64,000 nt of DNA from Arcobacteraceae bacterium (GTDB taxonomy: Bacteria > Campylobacterota > Campylobacteria > Campylobacterales > Arcobacteraceae). Below the pieces are notes generated by a model that did not search any database, was not told where the DNA came from, and saw only the letters and a list, made by a program, of their open reading frames with translations. The stretch spans positions 1,408,001-1,472,000 of the forward strand of contig OY759974.1 in the NCBI GenBank assembly GCA_963662945.1. The letters run 5' to 3'. Position 1 is the first letter of the stretch; every line of letters begins with the position of its first letter. Positions 23,908 to 34,307 of this stretch are shown in pieces. Both the position numbers and the translations under genes were made by a program.

Positions 23908-24086
23908 GTTTTGTAAAATAAGTTGGAAAGTAGAATTAAATAATCGAGTGATTCAATTCAACCGTCCAAAGAGTATTTCAACAAAATTAACATAATAAAA
24001 GAAAAAATACCAACAATCTCCCATTAAGTCATTAATTACAAAAATTTAGCTATTATATATCTTAAATTCAAAAATAAGAGAAGATA

Positions 24087-25298
24087 ATGGGAATAAATTT
24101 TAAAGAACTTGCAAATAAATATCAAACACCATATTATGTGTATGATTTTGACTATATTACAAAACAGTATCAAGAGTTAAAAGGTGCTTTTAAAGCGAGA
24201 AAATCTTTAATTGCATATGCGGTAAAAGCAAATTCAAATTTAAGTGTAGTAAAACATCTTGGAGACCAAGGTAGTGGTGCAGATTGTGTGAGTATTGGTG
24301 AAGTTAAAAGAGCATTGAAAGTTGGAATACCAAAATATAAGATTATATTTTCTGGTGTTGGAAAAATTGATGATGAGATAAGAGAAGCTTTACAACTTGA
24401 TATTTTGATGATAAATGTTGAGAGTGAAGCGGAACTAAAAAGAGTTGATTTAATAGCTAAAGAATTAAAAGTCGAAGCTAGAATCTCTATAAGGATAAAT
24501 CCAAATGTGGATCCAAAAACGCATCCATATATCTCAACAGGACTTCATGAAAATAAATTTGGTGTAGATATTGATACAGCAAAAAGAATGTATATCTTTG
24601 CTAAAAATAGTGAAAACTTAGATCCAATTGGTATCCATTGTCATATAGGAAGTCAACTTACAGAGTTAGCACCTATTAAAGAAGCTGTAAATATCGTAGC
24701 AGATTTAGTACGAAATATAAAATCAGCATTAAAAATAGAGTTAAAGTTTTTTGATGTTGGTGGTGGACTTGGTATTGTTTATGATGATGAAAAACTTATC
24801 GATACCCATGAATATGCACAAACTATCCTTGATGCACTTTTTGGACTTGATATCACTGTAGTGTGTGAACCAGGAAAATTTATTGTTGGAAATAGTGGTG
24901 TATTTGTTACGAAAGTTTTATATGAAAAGGTAAATGGTAGCAAAAGATTTGTTATCGTTGATGGTGCTATGAATGATTTAATTCGACCAAGTTTATATAA
25001 TGCGTATCATAAAATTGAAGTATTAGAAAAGAGCGAAAATGTAAGTGACTGTAATGTGGTGGGTCCAGTGTGTGAAAGCGGTGACTTCTTTGCAAAAAAT
25101 ATTCAGTTACCGCAAACACAACATAACGACTTGGTTGCAATTTATTCTGCAGGGGCGTATGGGTTTACAATGTCAAGTAACTATAACACAAGAGGAAAAG
25201 TTGCTGAAATTGCTTATGAAAATGGAAAAGATAGACTTATAAGAAGAAGAGAAACTTTTGAAGACTTGATTGCTTTAGAAGAGGAATACCTAAAGTAA
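24087..25298 (+). CDS. lysA: Diaminopimelate decarboxylase
   Basis: YAVKAN PLP lysine, HCHIGSQ, DVGGG, EPGK, GPVCESGD, GAYG. Confidence 0.97.
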   Translation: MGINFKELANKYQTPYYVYDFDYITKQYQELKGAFKARKSLIAYAVKANSNLSVVKHLGDQGSGADCVSIGEVKRALKVGIPKYKIIFSGVGKIDDEIREALQLDILMINVESEAELKRVDLIAKELKVEARISIRINPNVDPKTHPYISTGLHENKFGVDIDTAKRMYIFAKNSENLDPIGIHCHIGSQLTELAPIKEAVNIVADLVRNIKSALKIELKFFDVGGGLGIVYDDEKLIDTHEYAQTILDALFGLDITVVCEPGKFIVGNSGVFVTKVLYEKVNGSKRFVIVDGAMNDLIRPSLYNAYHKIEVLEKSENVSDCNVVGPVCESGDFFAKNIQLPQTQHNDLVAIYSAGAYGFTMSSNYNTRGKVAEIAYENGKDRLIRRRETFEDLIALEEEYLK

Positions 25299-25314
25299 TT
25301 TGTAAAGGATTGAT

Positions 25315-26394
25315 ATGGATGAAGCAATAGAGTTACAAAAATTACGAGATACTTTAGATGGTATTGATAATGAGATTCTAAAACTTTTAAATAAAAGAAT
25401 GGAAACTGTACATAAAGTTGGACTTGTAAAAGCTCAAAGTGGTGGAGCCATTTATAGACCCGAAAGGGAGAAGTCAATTATAGATAGGCTTCATAAACAA
25501 TCGCTTGAAGCAAATGGAAGTTTAAATAGGGCTGCTATTGAGGCATTGTTTCTAGAAATTTTTGCAATAAGTAGAAATCTTGAGTTACCAGAAAATATCG
25601 CATATCTTGGACCTGAAGGGAGTTTTACCCATCAAGCAGCAGAAAGTAGATTTGGTGCTATGAGTGCATATTTACCAATTAGTTCAATAAAAGGTGTATT
25701 TCGAGAAGTTGCTAATAAAAAAGCAAAATTTGGGGTGATTCCTATAGAAAATAGTAGCAATGGAATTGTAAGTGATACTATAACTTGTTTGAATGAATAT
25801 GATTTAAAAATTATCGCTGAAGTTATGGTAGATATTCACCATTGTTTTGCAACGACTTGTGATAATGTAAAACAGGTAAAAAGAATTTATTCAAAAGATA
25901 TTGCCATAGAACAATGTCACAAATTTTTAGAAGATTTAGGTTTGGATGAGTGTGAGTTGATCCCTGTAGAGAGTACAGCAAAAGCTGCAAAAATGGCAAC
26001 ACAAGAGGAAAATTGTGCGGCAATTTGTTCTCATATTGGGGCGAAAATGTACAAGTTACCAATATTATTTGAAAATATTGAGGATAAAGGGAACAATCGT
26101 ACACGGTTTTTAATAGTGAGTGATTTTGAAAATGGGCAAAGTGGAGAAGATAAAACTTCAATACTTGCACAGTTACCAAATGAACACGGGGCATTGGTGA
26201 GATTTTTAAATGATTTTGATAAAGCAAATATAAATCTTACAAAAATAAAATCTCATATAGTTGAGGGAATTTCAACATTTTTTATCGATTTTGATGGACA
26301 TAAAAATGATGATAAAATTCAAGAAATATTTAATAAACATAAAAATAGCATAAAATTTTTAGGAAGCTATGTAAAGGAAGCAGATGACATTTAA
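25315..26394 (+). CDS. pheA: Chorismate mutase/prephenate dehydratase (P-protein)
   Basis: N-terminal LRDTLDGID chorismate mutase, [26 protein letters not shown] domain NLTKIKSH. Confidence 0.95.
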   Translation: MDEAIELQKLRDTLDGIDNEILKLLNKRMETVHKVGLVKAQSGGAIYRPEREKSIIDRLHKQSLEANGSLNRAAIEALFLEIFAISRNLELPENIAYLGPEGSFTHQAAESRFGAMSAYLPISSIKGVFREVANKKAKFGVIPIENSSNGIVSDTITCLNEYDLKIIAEVMVDIHHCFATTCDNVKQVKRIYSKDIAIEQCHKFLEDLGLDECELIPVESTAKAAKMATQEENCAAICSHIGAKMYKLPILFENIEDKGNNRTRFLIVSDFENGQSGEDKTSILAQLPNEHGALVRFLNDFDKANINLTKIKSHIVEGISTFFIDFDGHKNDDKIQEIFNKHKNSIKFLGSYVKEADDI

Positions 26395-27481
26395 TACAGT
26401 ATTAGATAACGTTGGTATCTATGAAGCGGGAAAACCAATTGAATTGGTAGTAAGAGAATATGGTTTGGGACCAAAGGATATTATAAAATTAGCATCAAAT
26501 GAAAATCCTTATGGAACTTGTCAAACAGTTGTTGATGTAATTGCAAGAAAAGCTTGTAGTGCTTTTGTTTATCCAGATGACAGTATGTATGAATTAAAAG
26601 AGGCTTTAGCAACAAAGTTTGGAGTGACTGATAAAAATATTATTATAGGTTCTGGAAGTGATCAAGTTATAGAGTTTTGTGTACATGGAAAATGTAATAA
26701 AGACTCAAAAGTGATTATGGCAAAAACTACATTTGCAATGTATGAGATATATTCTAAACATGTAGGTGCAACAATTTTAAAAACTTCTTCTGATGAACAT
26801 AATTTAGATGAGTTTAGAGAAATTTATAAAAAAGAGGGTGCAGATGTAATCTTTATTTGTGTTCCAAATAATCCTTTAGGGGAGTGTTTAGATGCAGCTG
26901 ATTTATATAAATTTTTAGATGAAGTGGATAGTAATACATTAGTAATTGTTGATGGTGCATATCAAGAGTACGCAAAATATAAAGATGGTGCAAAAGAGAT
27001 AGTACCAAGTGATATTATAGAAAAATATCCAAATGTAATCTATCTTGGAACTTTTTCAAAAGCATATGCGCTTGGAGGTATGAGAGTTGGTTATGGTATT
27101 GCATCTTCTGAGATTATAACTACATTACATAAGTTAAGACCACCATTTAATATAACAACTTTATCATTAGCTGGTGCAATTGAAGCTTTAAAACACGAAA
27201 AGTTTGTGCAAGATTGTATTAAGAAAAACTTTGAACAAATGACAAGATATGAAGAGTATGCTACAAGTAAAGGGTTTAAATATATCCCTTCATATACAAA
27301 CTTTATTACAATCTATCTTGATGGATATGTTTCAAAAGAGATTGCTCAAAAATTACTTGAAAAAGGTGTTATTGTTCGAGATATGACTGGATATGGTTTT
27401 AATGCTTTAAGAATAACAATAGGAACAGAGGAACAAAATACAAAAGTATTTAAAGTTCTCGATTCTATTTTGGATAAGTAA
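26384..27481 (+). CDS. hisC: Histidinol-phosphate aminotransferase
   Basis: [40 protein letters not shown]. Confidence 0.94.
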   Translation: MTFNTVLDNVGIYEAGKPIELVVREYGLGPKDIIKLASNENPYGTCQTVVDVIARKACSAFVYPDDSMYELKEALATKFGVTDKNIIIGSGSDQVIEFCVHGKCNKDSKVIMAKTTFAMYEIYSKHVGATILKTSSDEHNLDEFREIYKKEGADVIFICVPNNPLGECLDAADLYKFLDEVDSNTLVIVDGAYQEYAKYKDGAKEIVPSDIIEKYPNVIYLGTFSKAYALGGMRVGYGIASSEIITTLHKLRPPFNITTLSLAGAIEALKHEKFVQDCIKKNFEQMTRYEEYATSKGFKYIPSYTNFITIYLDGYVSKEIAQKLLEKGVIVRDMTGYGFNALRITIGTEEQNTKVFKVLDSILDK

Positions 27482-27492
27482 AAGACAAGAAT

Positions 27493-28791
27493 ATGGGTTC
27501 ATATTTTAAACTACAAGAGAATAATACAAGTGTAAAAACAGAATTTCTTGCGGGCTTTACAACATTTTTAACAATGATGTATATAGTTCCTGTAAATGGA
27601 TTTATACTAAATGATGCAGGACTTCCTATGGGTGCAGTTATCACAGCAACTGCACTTATAACTATACTTGCTACAATATTTAATGGTTTTTGGTCAAATA
27701 CACCAATAGCTATGAGTGTTGGTATGGGTTTAAATGCATATTTCTCTTATGGTTTAGTTTTAGGTATGGGAATTGCTTGGCAAACTGCTTTAGGGATAGT
27801 GTTTTTAAGTGGTATTATCTTTGTAATTCTCTCCTTTACACAGTTTAGGGTATGGCTTATGACTTCAATTCCTGTTGATTTACGACGGGCAATTAGTGCT
27901 GGAATTGGTGCATTTATTGCTTTTATTGGACTAAAGCAAATGGGAGTTGTTGTAGAAAATAAGGCAACATTGGTAGCTTTGGGAGATTTAAGTAGTGACC
28001 CTGTACTTTTAGGTATTTTTGGACTGATTGTTACACTATTGCTTTATACATATAGAGTTAAAGGTGCATTTATAATAGCCATTTTAATCACTTCAATCAT
28101 TGGCTGGTTGTTTGGTATTGGTGAGTTGCCATCAGCGATATTTGGAATGCCAGATTCAATTAGTCCAATTTTTATGCAACTTGATATAGCAAGTGCTTTA
28201 TCTTTGGCACTATTACCAGTTATTATTACGTTTTTAATTACAGATATGTTTGATACTTTGGGAACTTTAACAGGTGTTGGAACGAGAGCAAATCTTTTTC
28301 AAACGACACAAAAAAATGATAAAGCTTTAGAAAAAACACTTGAAGCAGATGCAATTGCAACTGTTGGTGGAAGTTTGATAGGTGTTTCAACTGCAACTTC
28401 ATTTATAGAGAGTGCAAGTGGAGTTGAAGAGGGTGGAAGAACAGGATTAACTGCTATTTTCACAGGATTGTTTTTTATTTTAACACTTTTTATATTACCT
28501 TTATTTAAGGCAATTCCAGAAAATGCAATTTATCCTGTACTTGTAGTTGTTGGTATTTTGATGTTTAGTGAACTTGGGAATATTGATTTTAAAAAGAATG
28601 ATTTTGCAATAGCTAGTGCAACATTTTTTATTGTTGTTTTAATGCCATTAACTTACTCTATAACAAATGGTTTTGCTGCTGGATTTGTTATATATACACT
28701 TTTAAAACTGTTAAAAGGTGAATTTAAAGATATTAATTTGGGTTTAATCACAATAACACTTATTTCACTTTTAGTTTTTATCTTACATTAG
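27493..28791 (+). CDS. NCS2/AzgA family purine permease
   Basis: EFLAGFTTFLTMMYI, GMGLNAYF, DMFDTLGT, ESASGVEEGGRTGL. Confidence 0.93.
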   Translation: MGSYFKLQENNTSVKTEFLAGFTTFLTMMYIVPVNGFILNDAGLPMGAVITATALITILATIFNGFWSNTPIAMSVGMGLNAYFSYGLVLGMGIAWQTALGIVFLSGIIFVILSFTQFRVWLMTSIPVDLRRAISAGIGAFIAFIGLKQMGVVVENKATLVALGDLSSDPVLLGIFGLIVTLLLYTYRVKGAFIIAILITSIIGWLFGIGELPSAIFGMPDSISPIFMQLDIASALSLALLPVIITFLITDMFDTLGTLTGVGTRANLFQTTQKNDKALEKTLEADAIATVGGSLIGVSTATSFIESASGVEEGGRTGLTAIFTGLFFILTLFILPLFKAIPENAIYPVLVVVGILMFSELGNIDFKKNDFAIASATFFIVVLMPLTYSITNGFAAGFVIYTLLKLLKGEFKDINLGLITITLISLLVFILH

Positions 28792-28800
28792 GAATTAAAA

Positions 28801-29256
28801 ATGAAAAAAGTTTATTATGGATATAACGAGTGTTTGGAGGATTGTAGAGTTTTAATTCCCCAGCTAAAAGAATATAATCCTGATGCACTTATATCTATAG
28901 CTAGAGGTGGATTACTTTTAGGACATTTATTAAGTGAAGCACTAGATACAAGAGAAATATACAGTTTAAATTCTATCCATTATGAAGGAACGAAGAAGCT
29001 AGAAACTTTTGAAATCTTTAATATTCCAGATTTAACAAGATTGCATAAAATTGTTTTGATAGATGATATAGTTGATAGTGGTGAAAGTATGGTTGAAATT
29101 TTAAAAATATTACAAAAAAAATATCCTCATTGTGAATTTAAAGTGGCTACTATATTTTATAAAACAACTGCTTTAATGCAACCAGATTTTAGTGTAAAAG
29201 AAGCAAAAAACTGGATAGAGTTTTTTTGGGAAGTTGATTTACTTGAAAAGAGATAA
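28801..29256 (+). CDS. Type I phosphoribosyltransferase (purine salvage, Gpt-like)
   Basis: IARGG, PRPP-binding VLIDDIVDSGES, WIEFFWE; adjacent to a purine permease. Confidence 0.88.
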   Translation: MKKVYYGYNECLEDCRVLIPQLKEYNPDALISIARGGLLLGHLLSEALDTREIYSLNSIHYEGTKKLETFEIFNIPDLTRLHKIVLIDDIVDSGESMVEILKILQKKYPHCEFKVATIFYKTTALMQPDFSVKEAKNWIEFFWEVDLLEKR

Positions 29257-29257
29257 T

Positions 29258-31057
29258 ATGAATATAAAAAATAAAAATATAAAAGAGTTAGAACAAGTAG
29301 CACAAGATATTAGAGATAGAATAATAGATGTTGTATCTAGAAATGGGGGACATTTTAGTTCAACATTAGGTGCGGTTGAATTAACTATTGGGATGCATAA
29401 AGTTTTTGATTGTGAATATGATCCTTTTATATTTGATGTATCTCATCAGTGTTATCCTCATAAACTCTTAACTGGAAGATGGGAAGAGTTTGAAACTTTA
29501 CGACAATTTAAAGGGATAAGTGGATTTACAAAACCAAAAGAATCAAAAGCAGATTATTTCGTAGCTGGACATAGTTCTACATCAATATCCTTAGCAGTTG
29601 GGGCTGCAAAAGCAGCAATGCTAGAAAACAATGGAAAAGTACCAGTAGTTATGATTGGTGATGGAAGTATGAGTGCTGGTATGGTTTATGAAGCACTTAA
29701 TGAATTAGGTGATATAAAATTACCAGTTGTAATTATACTTAATGACAATGAAATGAGTATAGCAAAACCTATAGGTGCAATTTCAAAACATCTTAGTAAA
29801 GTTTTAGCAGGTAAAGGATACCAAAAATTTAAAGATAGAGTGGATAAGTTTATAAAAAACAATATGCCAGAAGGTGCAACCTATATAGCAAAACGGATGG
29901 AAGAGTCTTTAAAACTTATTACTCCTGGAATTATTTTTGAAGAGATGGGTATAGATTATATAGGTCCAATTGATGGTCATAATCTTGAAGAGGTTATTGA
30001 TACTTTAGAATTAGCAAAAAACTTTGGCAAACCTGTTATTGTGCATGCAAGAACAGTAAAAGGAAAAGGTTATTCTATAGCAGAAGGGCATTTTGAACAC
30101 TGGCATGGAGTAGGACCTTTTGATAAAACAACTGGGGAGTTTCAAAAAAAAGCCGGAGCAAAAAGTGCCACAGCTGTATTTAGTGATGCTTTATATAAAC
30201 TAGCACTTGAAGATGAAAAAGTAGTTGGTGTAACAGCTGCTATGCCAAGTGGGACAGGTATTGATAAACTTATGAATGAGTTTCCAAATAGATTTTGGGA
30301 TGTTGCAATAGCAGAACAACATGCAGTAACTTCAATGGCTGCCATGGCAAAAGATGGATTTAAACCATTTGTAACTATTTATTCAACATTTTTGCAGCGA
30401 GGATTTGATCAAATTATTCATGATGTTTGTTTAATGAATCTACCAGTTACTTTTGCAATAGATAGAGCGGGAATTGTTGGTGCAGATGGAGAAACACATC
30501 AAGGACAATTTGATATAAGTTTTTTACGATTTTTACCAAATATGACATTAATGGCTCCAAGAGATAGTAAAACATTAGAATATAGTTTAGAATTTGCAAA
30601 AGATTATCAAAGCCCATGTGCCATAAGATATCCAAGAGGTGCTTTTGAAGAGTTAGAATATGAATCTACAAAGTTTGTTTTAGGAAAAGGTGAAATTCTT
30701 AAACAAACAGATAGTGAAATAGCTTTTATAGGATATGGTGCAGGAGTAAGTCGAGCAATTGCAACTGAAAAACTTCATAAAGAAGAGATAACTATTGTTG
30801 ATTTACGATTTGTAAAACCTCTAGATAAAGAGTTATTGTTAGATTTAGCAAAAATTACAAAAAAATGGTATGTTTTTAGTGATTCTCAAAGACAAGGTGG
30901 CGTTGGAAGTGCATTGTTAGAATTTATCAGTGAAAATGATTTAGATATAAAGGTAAAATCATTTGAATATGATGATCTTTATATTCAACATGGAGACACT
31001 AAACTTCTTGAAGAAGATTTGGGGATTTTACCAGAACAACTCGTAATAAAGGTTTAG
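29258..31057 (+). CDS. dxs: 1-deoxy-D-xylulose-5-phosphate synthase
   Basis: GGHFSSTLG, DVSHQCYPHK, GDGS...NDN TPP motif, IAEQHA, DRAGIVGADGETHQG; ATG at 29258 just after the upstream stop. Confidence 0.97.
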   Translation: MNIKNKNIKELEQVAQDIRDRIIDVVSRNGGHFSSTLGAVELTIGMHKVFDCEYDPFIFDVSHQCYPHKLLTGRWEEFETLRQFKGISGFTKPKESKADYFVAGHSSTSISLAVGAAKAAMLENNGKVPVVMIGDGSMSAGMVYEALNELGDIKLPVVIILNDNEMSIAKPIGAISKHLSKVLAGKGYQKFKDRVDKFIKNNMPEGATYIAKRMEESLKLITPGIIFEEMGIDYIGPIDGHNLEEVIDTLELAKNFGKPVIVHARTVKGKGYSIAEGHFEHWHGVGPFDKTTGEFQKKAGAKSATAVFSDALYKLALEDEKVVGVTAAMPSGTGIDKLMNEFPNRFWDVAIAEQHAVTSMAAMAKDGFKPFVTIYSTFLQRGFDQIIHDVCLMNLPVTFAIDRAGIVGADGETHQGQFDISFLRFLPNMTLMAPRDSKTLEYSLEFAKDYQSPCAIRYPRGAFEELEYESTKFVLGKGEILKQTDSEIAFIGYGAGVSRAIATEKLHKEEITIVDLRFVKPLDKELLLDLAKITKKWYVFSDSQRQGGVGSALLEFISENDLDIKVKSFEYDDLYIQHGDTKLLEEDLGILPEQLVIKV

Positions 31058-31135
31058 TTGAACCTTTAAAATAAAGGCAGTTTTATGCAAAATAATACAT
31101 CTAGCACTATACTAAAGTGATAATTTTTAACTTTT

Positions 31136-33163
31136 ATGTATAGTAAAAATAATATTCTTATCATTTTTATATTTATTTCATTAATTGTATTTCAAATAGT
31201 ATATGATCAAAACAATGAAAAAAATTATCAAACAGTATATGAAGAGATACTATCTAATGAAGCAGGGATATATTTTGAGAATATAATGTTAAAAAAAGCA
31301 CAAAAACTTGATTCCAGTCTTACTTTTACAAATATTCCTACGAACATGAAGTTTGAACTTTTAGGAGAAGATATTCAGTTAATTGATACAATCAAAAGCA
31401 CAAATACAAATAAATATTATTATCTTGATGATGAGCAAAAATATTTTTATTATTATGAGTTGTTAAATGTTAAAAAGAATTGTATTGAATGTCACACAAA
31501 ATATCAAGTTGGTGATGTTGCAGGAGTTGTAAAAATATCAATAGCAACAGATAAATATTTAAAAATATATGAAGATATGTATAACTCAAAATATATTTAT
31601 GTTGTCTTGGATATATTTTTTCTTATTTTGATTACTTTATTAATTTTATTTTTTAGACGAAAATCAAGAGTAAAACATCTTGAACTTTTACGAAGTCAAA
31701 GAAATTTAGAAAAAGCTGAAAAAATGGCAGGACTAGGGCACTGGAGAATTGATAATAGAACTTTCGAGATAAGCTTTTCAAAAAATATGCTAGAAGTTAT
31801 CGGTTTAAATGAATCACAAAAAATTGATTTGCAGTTTATTATAAATAATGTTATTTGCAATGAAGACAAATTGAAGGTAATAAAATCTTATAAAAATTCT
31901 CTGAAAACTGCTAATGATATACAAATTGAATTTAGAATAGTGCATCAGCTTGATCAAAAAAAACGGCATGTTAATTGTCATATTATGCACATAAAAGATA
32001 ATAAAAAAGAAAATGTGATAGTTTCAATTGGAACAGTACAAGATATCACAAGATTTATCTCCTTACGAGATAGGCTTTCTATATTAGAACAAGCTGTTAA
32101 TCAAGCACCAATTTCAATAGTAATAACAGATGAAAAAGCAAATATAGAATATGTAAATCCTACATTCACAAATGTGACAGGATATACACTTTTAGAGGTA
32201 ATTGGGAAAAATCCTAGAATATTAAAATCAGAATATACCAATCAACTTGAATATCAACAATTGTGGGAAACAATAACTTTAGGAAAAAACTGGAGCGGAA
32301 CATTTAAAAATATTAAAAAAAATGGGGAAGAGTTTTGGGAAATGGCACTCATCTCGCCTGTTTTTTCACTCAATACAGATAAAATAATCAAATATATAGC
32401 AATAAAAGAAGAAATTACAAGTAAGTTGTATATGCAACAAAAGTTGAAGTATCAAGAAGAATTAATGATTTTCCAGTCAAGACATGCAGCAATGGGTGAG
32501 ATGATAAGTATGATAGCCCATCAATGGAGACAGCCTACTACTGTTATTGGCTTGTGTGCTAATAATATTTTAACAGACGTAGTGTTAGATGAAATTGATT
32601 TAGAATCTCTATCGAGAAACTCACAAGATATTATTAATCAAACAAAATACCTTTCTCAAACAATAGATGATTTTAGAAACTTTTTTAAACCAAACAAGCA
32701 AAAGTCTATCGTTACAATACAAGAAGTGATAGATGAAGTGAAAAAGATGATGCAAGCAACATTGCATAACAATCAAATTGAACTTCAAGAACACTATAGT
32801 TTCAATAAAAAGATAAAAACATATAAAAAAGAGTTAGTACAGGTAGTAATAAATTTAATTAAGAATGCTCAAGAGATATTAGGAGAGAAAAATAATAATC
32901 AAAAAATAATATATATTAATGAAGATATTAAGAATAATAATGTTATCTTACAAATATGTGATAATGCAGGAGGCATCGAACAAGAGAATATTCATAGAAT
33001 ATTTGAGCCTTATTTTACTACAAAAGATGAAAAAAATGGTACGGGACTTGGACTTTATATTTCAAAAGTAATAGTTGAAAAACATTTAAAAGGGACTATA
33101 AAAGCTTTTAATAAAGATCAAGGTGCATGCTTTGAGATAACTTTAAATTTTGAAGAGGGATAG
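31136..33163 (+). CDS. Membrane sensor histidine kinase with periplasmic CxxCH and two PAS domains
   Basis: Two TM helices, CIECH at 31481-31495, PAS segments (GHW..., YVNPTF..TGY..EVIGKNPRIL), H-box IAHQWRQP, DNAGGI and GTGLGL boxes. Confidence 0.92.
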   Translation: MYSKNNILIIFIFISLIVFQIVYDQNNEKNYQTVYEEILSNEAGIYFENIMLKKAQKLDSSLTFTNIPTNMKFELLGEDIQLIDTIKSTNTNKYYYLDDEQKYFYYYELLNVKKNCIECHTKYQVGDVAGVVKISIATDKYLKIYEDMYNSKYIYVVLDIFFLILITLLILFFRRKSRVKHLELLRSQRNLEKAEKMAGLGHWRIDNRTFEISFSKNMLEVIGLNESQKIDLQFIINNVICNEDKLKVIKSYKNSLKTANDIQIEFRIVHQLDQKKRHVNCHIMHIKDNKKENVIVSIGTVQDITRFISLRDRLSILEQAVNQAPISIVITDEKANIEYVNPTFTNVTGYTLLEVIGKNPRILKSEYTNQLEYQQLWETITLGKNWSGTFKNIKKNGEEFWEMALISPVFSLNTDKIIKYIAIKEEITSKLYMQQKLKYQEELMIFQSRHAAMGEMISMIAHQWRQPTTVIGLCANNILTDVVLDEIDLESLSRNSQDIINQTKYLSQTIDDFRNFFKPNKQKSIVTIQEVIDEVKKMMQATLHNNQIELQEHYSFNKKIKTYKKELVQVVINLIKNAQEILGEKNNNQKIIYINEDIKNNNVILQICDNAGGIEQENIHRIFEPYFTTKDEKNGTGLGLYISKVIVEKHLKGTIKAFNKDQGACFEITLNFEEG

Positions 33164-34292
33164 TTTGGAAAATATTATTTCATTAAAAAAGCTTGGATGT
33201 GACTACTCTGTATTAGTTGTAGAAGATTGCAAGCAAGTTAATACAAAACTTATGGAATATCTAAGTAAATTTTTCTTTGCAATTGATAGTGCACAAAATG
33301 GTCATGAAGGACTAATTAAATTCAATAATAAAAGATACGATATTATCATTACTGATATTAATATGCCTAAAATGGATGGCACTAATTTCGTACAAAAACT
33401 TATAGAAATTGATCCAAATGTTCAAGTTATTGTTACATCTGCTTATGGAAATCATGAAAATCTTCGTACGTTTAATAAATTGGGTATTGTAGAATTTATA
33501 CAAAAACCAATAGATAATTTAAAACTTGTAGATGCTCTTTTAGTGTGTATTGAAAATATTCAAACAATTCTCCAAAATTCTAATATAACATACAATTTAG
33601 ATAATACAATATATGAAACTCTTTTGGCATTAAAAGATACTAAAAAAACAATTGAACTTATTAATTCCTATCAAGGAGTAACCATAATTCAAGAGGGATA
33701 CATAAAAGATCTTAATACAAAAACAATTACGATAGAGACAACAAATACTCAGTATCATTTAATTAAAGGGGAAAAAAGAACTATTATCGTAATTGATGAT
33801 ATGGCCGTAAGAGCAAATTTACAATATATTGACAAAGAAAAACAACAATTAGTTTTAAAGAAATTTGAAACTCTCAGTAGAACACCAAAAGATAGAAAAG
33901 TTACACGGGTTATGCCAGGTAAGGATTTTACCCTTACCAGATATTATAAAAGTGAAACTTTTAGTTATGAGGTACTTTCATTATCAATTAACTCAATTTC
34001 AGTAAAGACTTCATCTCTTGATAAAAGTTTTAGTGATAATGCTCATACAGATTTAGTTTTAAGTTTTCAAGTTGGCTATTCAAAACGCTATAAAGCTTCT
34101 CATACTGAAAAGTTATTAAAGCCTGTGAAAATACGATCAAAATCTTTAGTATACAAAATAGATAAACGTGCAGATGGCAGTGTAAAGATAGTTTTTGTAC
34201 TTGATTTAGCTGGTGAGGGGAAAAAACTGCTTGAACAGTATATTATTCAAAGAGAGTTTGATATTTTAAATAATTTACACCGTATGTCATAG
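33150..34292 (+). CDS. Response regulator with C-terminal PilZ-like region
   Basis: Receiver VLVVED, ITDINMP, TSA, KP; C-terminal RKVTR (RxxxR) and beta-rich domain; alternative TTG start at 33165. Confidence 0.85.
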   Translation: MKRDSLENIISLKKLGCDYSVLVVEDCKQVNTKLMEYLSKFFFAIDSAQNGHEGLIKFNNKRYDIIITDINMPKMDGTNFVQKLIEIDPNVQVIVTSAYGNHENLRTFNKLGIVEFIQKPIDNLKLVDALLVCIENIQTILQNSNITYNLDNTIYETLLALKDTKKTIELINSYQGVTIIQEGYIKDLNTKTITIETTNTQYHLIKGEKRTIIVIDDMAVRANLQYIDKEKQQLVLKKFETLSRTPKDRKVTRVMPGKDFTLTRYYKSETFSYEVLSLSINSISVKTSSLDKSFSDNAHTDLVLSFQVGYSKRYKASHTEKLLKPVKIRSKSLVYKIDKRADGSVKIVFVLDLAGEGKKLLEQYIIQREFDILNNLHRMS

Positions 34293-34307
34293 TACAAATT
34301 AATTTTA

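Noticed and set aside
27481-27493. Purine riboswitch ahead of the NCS2 permease
   Set aside because: Only 11 bp separate hisC and the permease; no room for an aptamer
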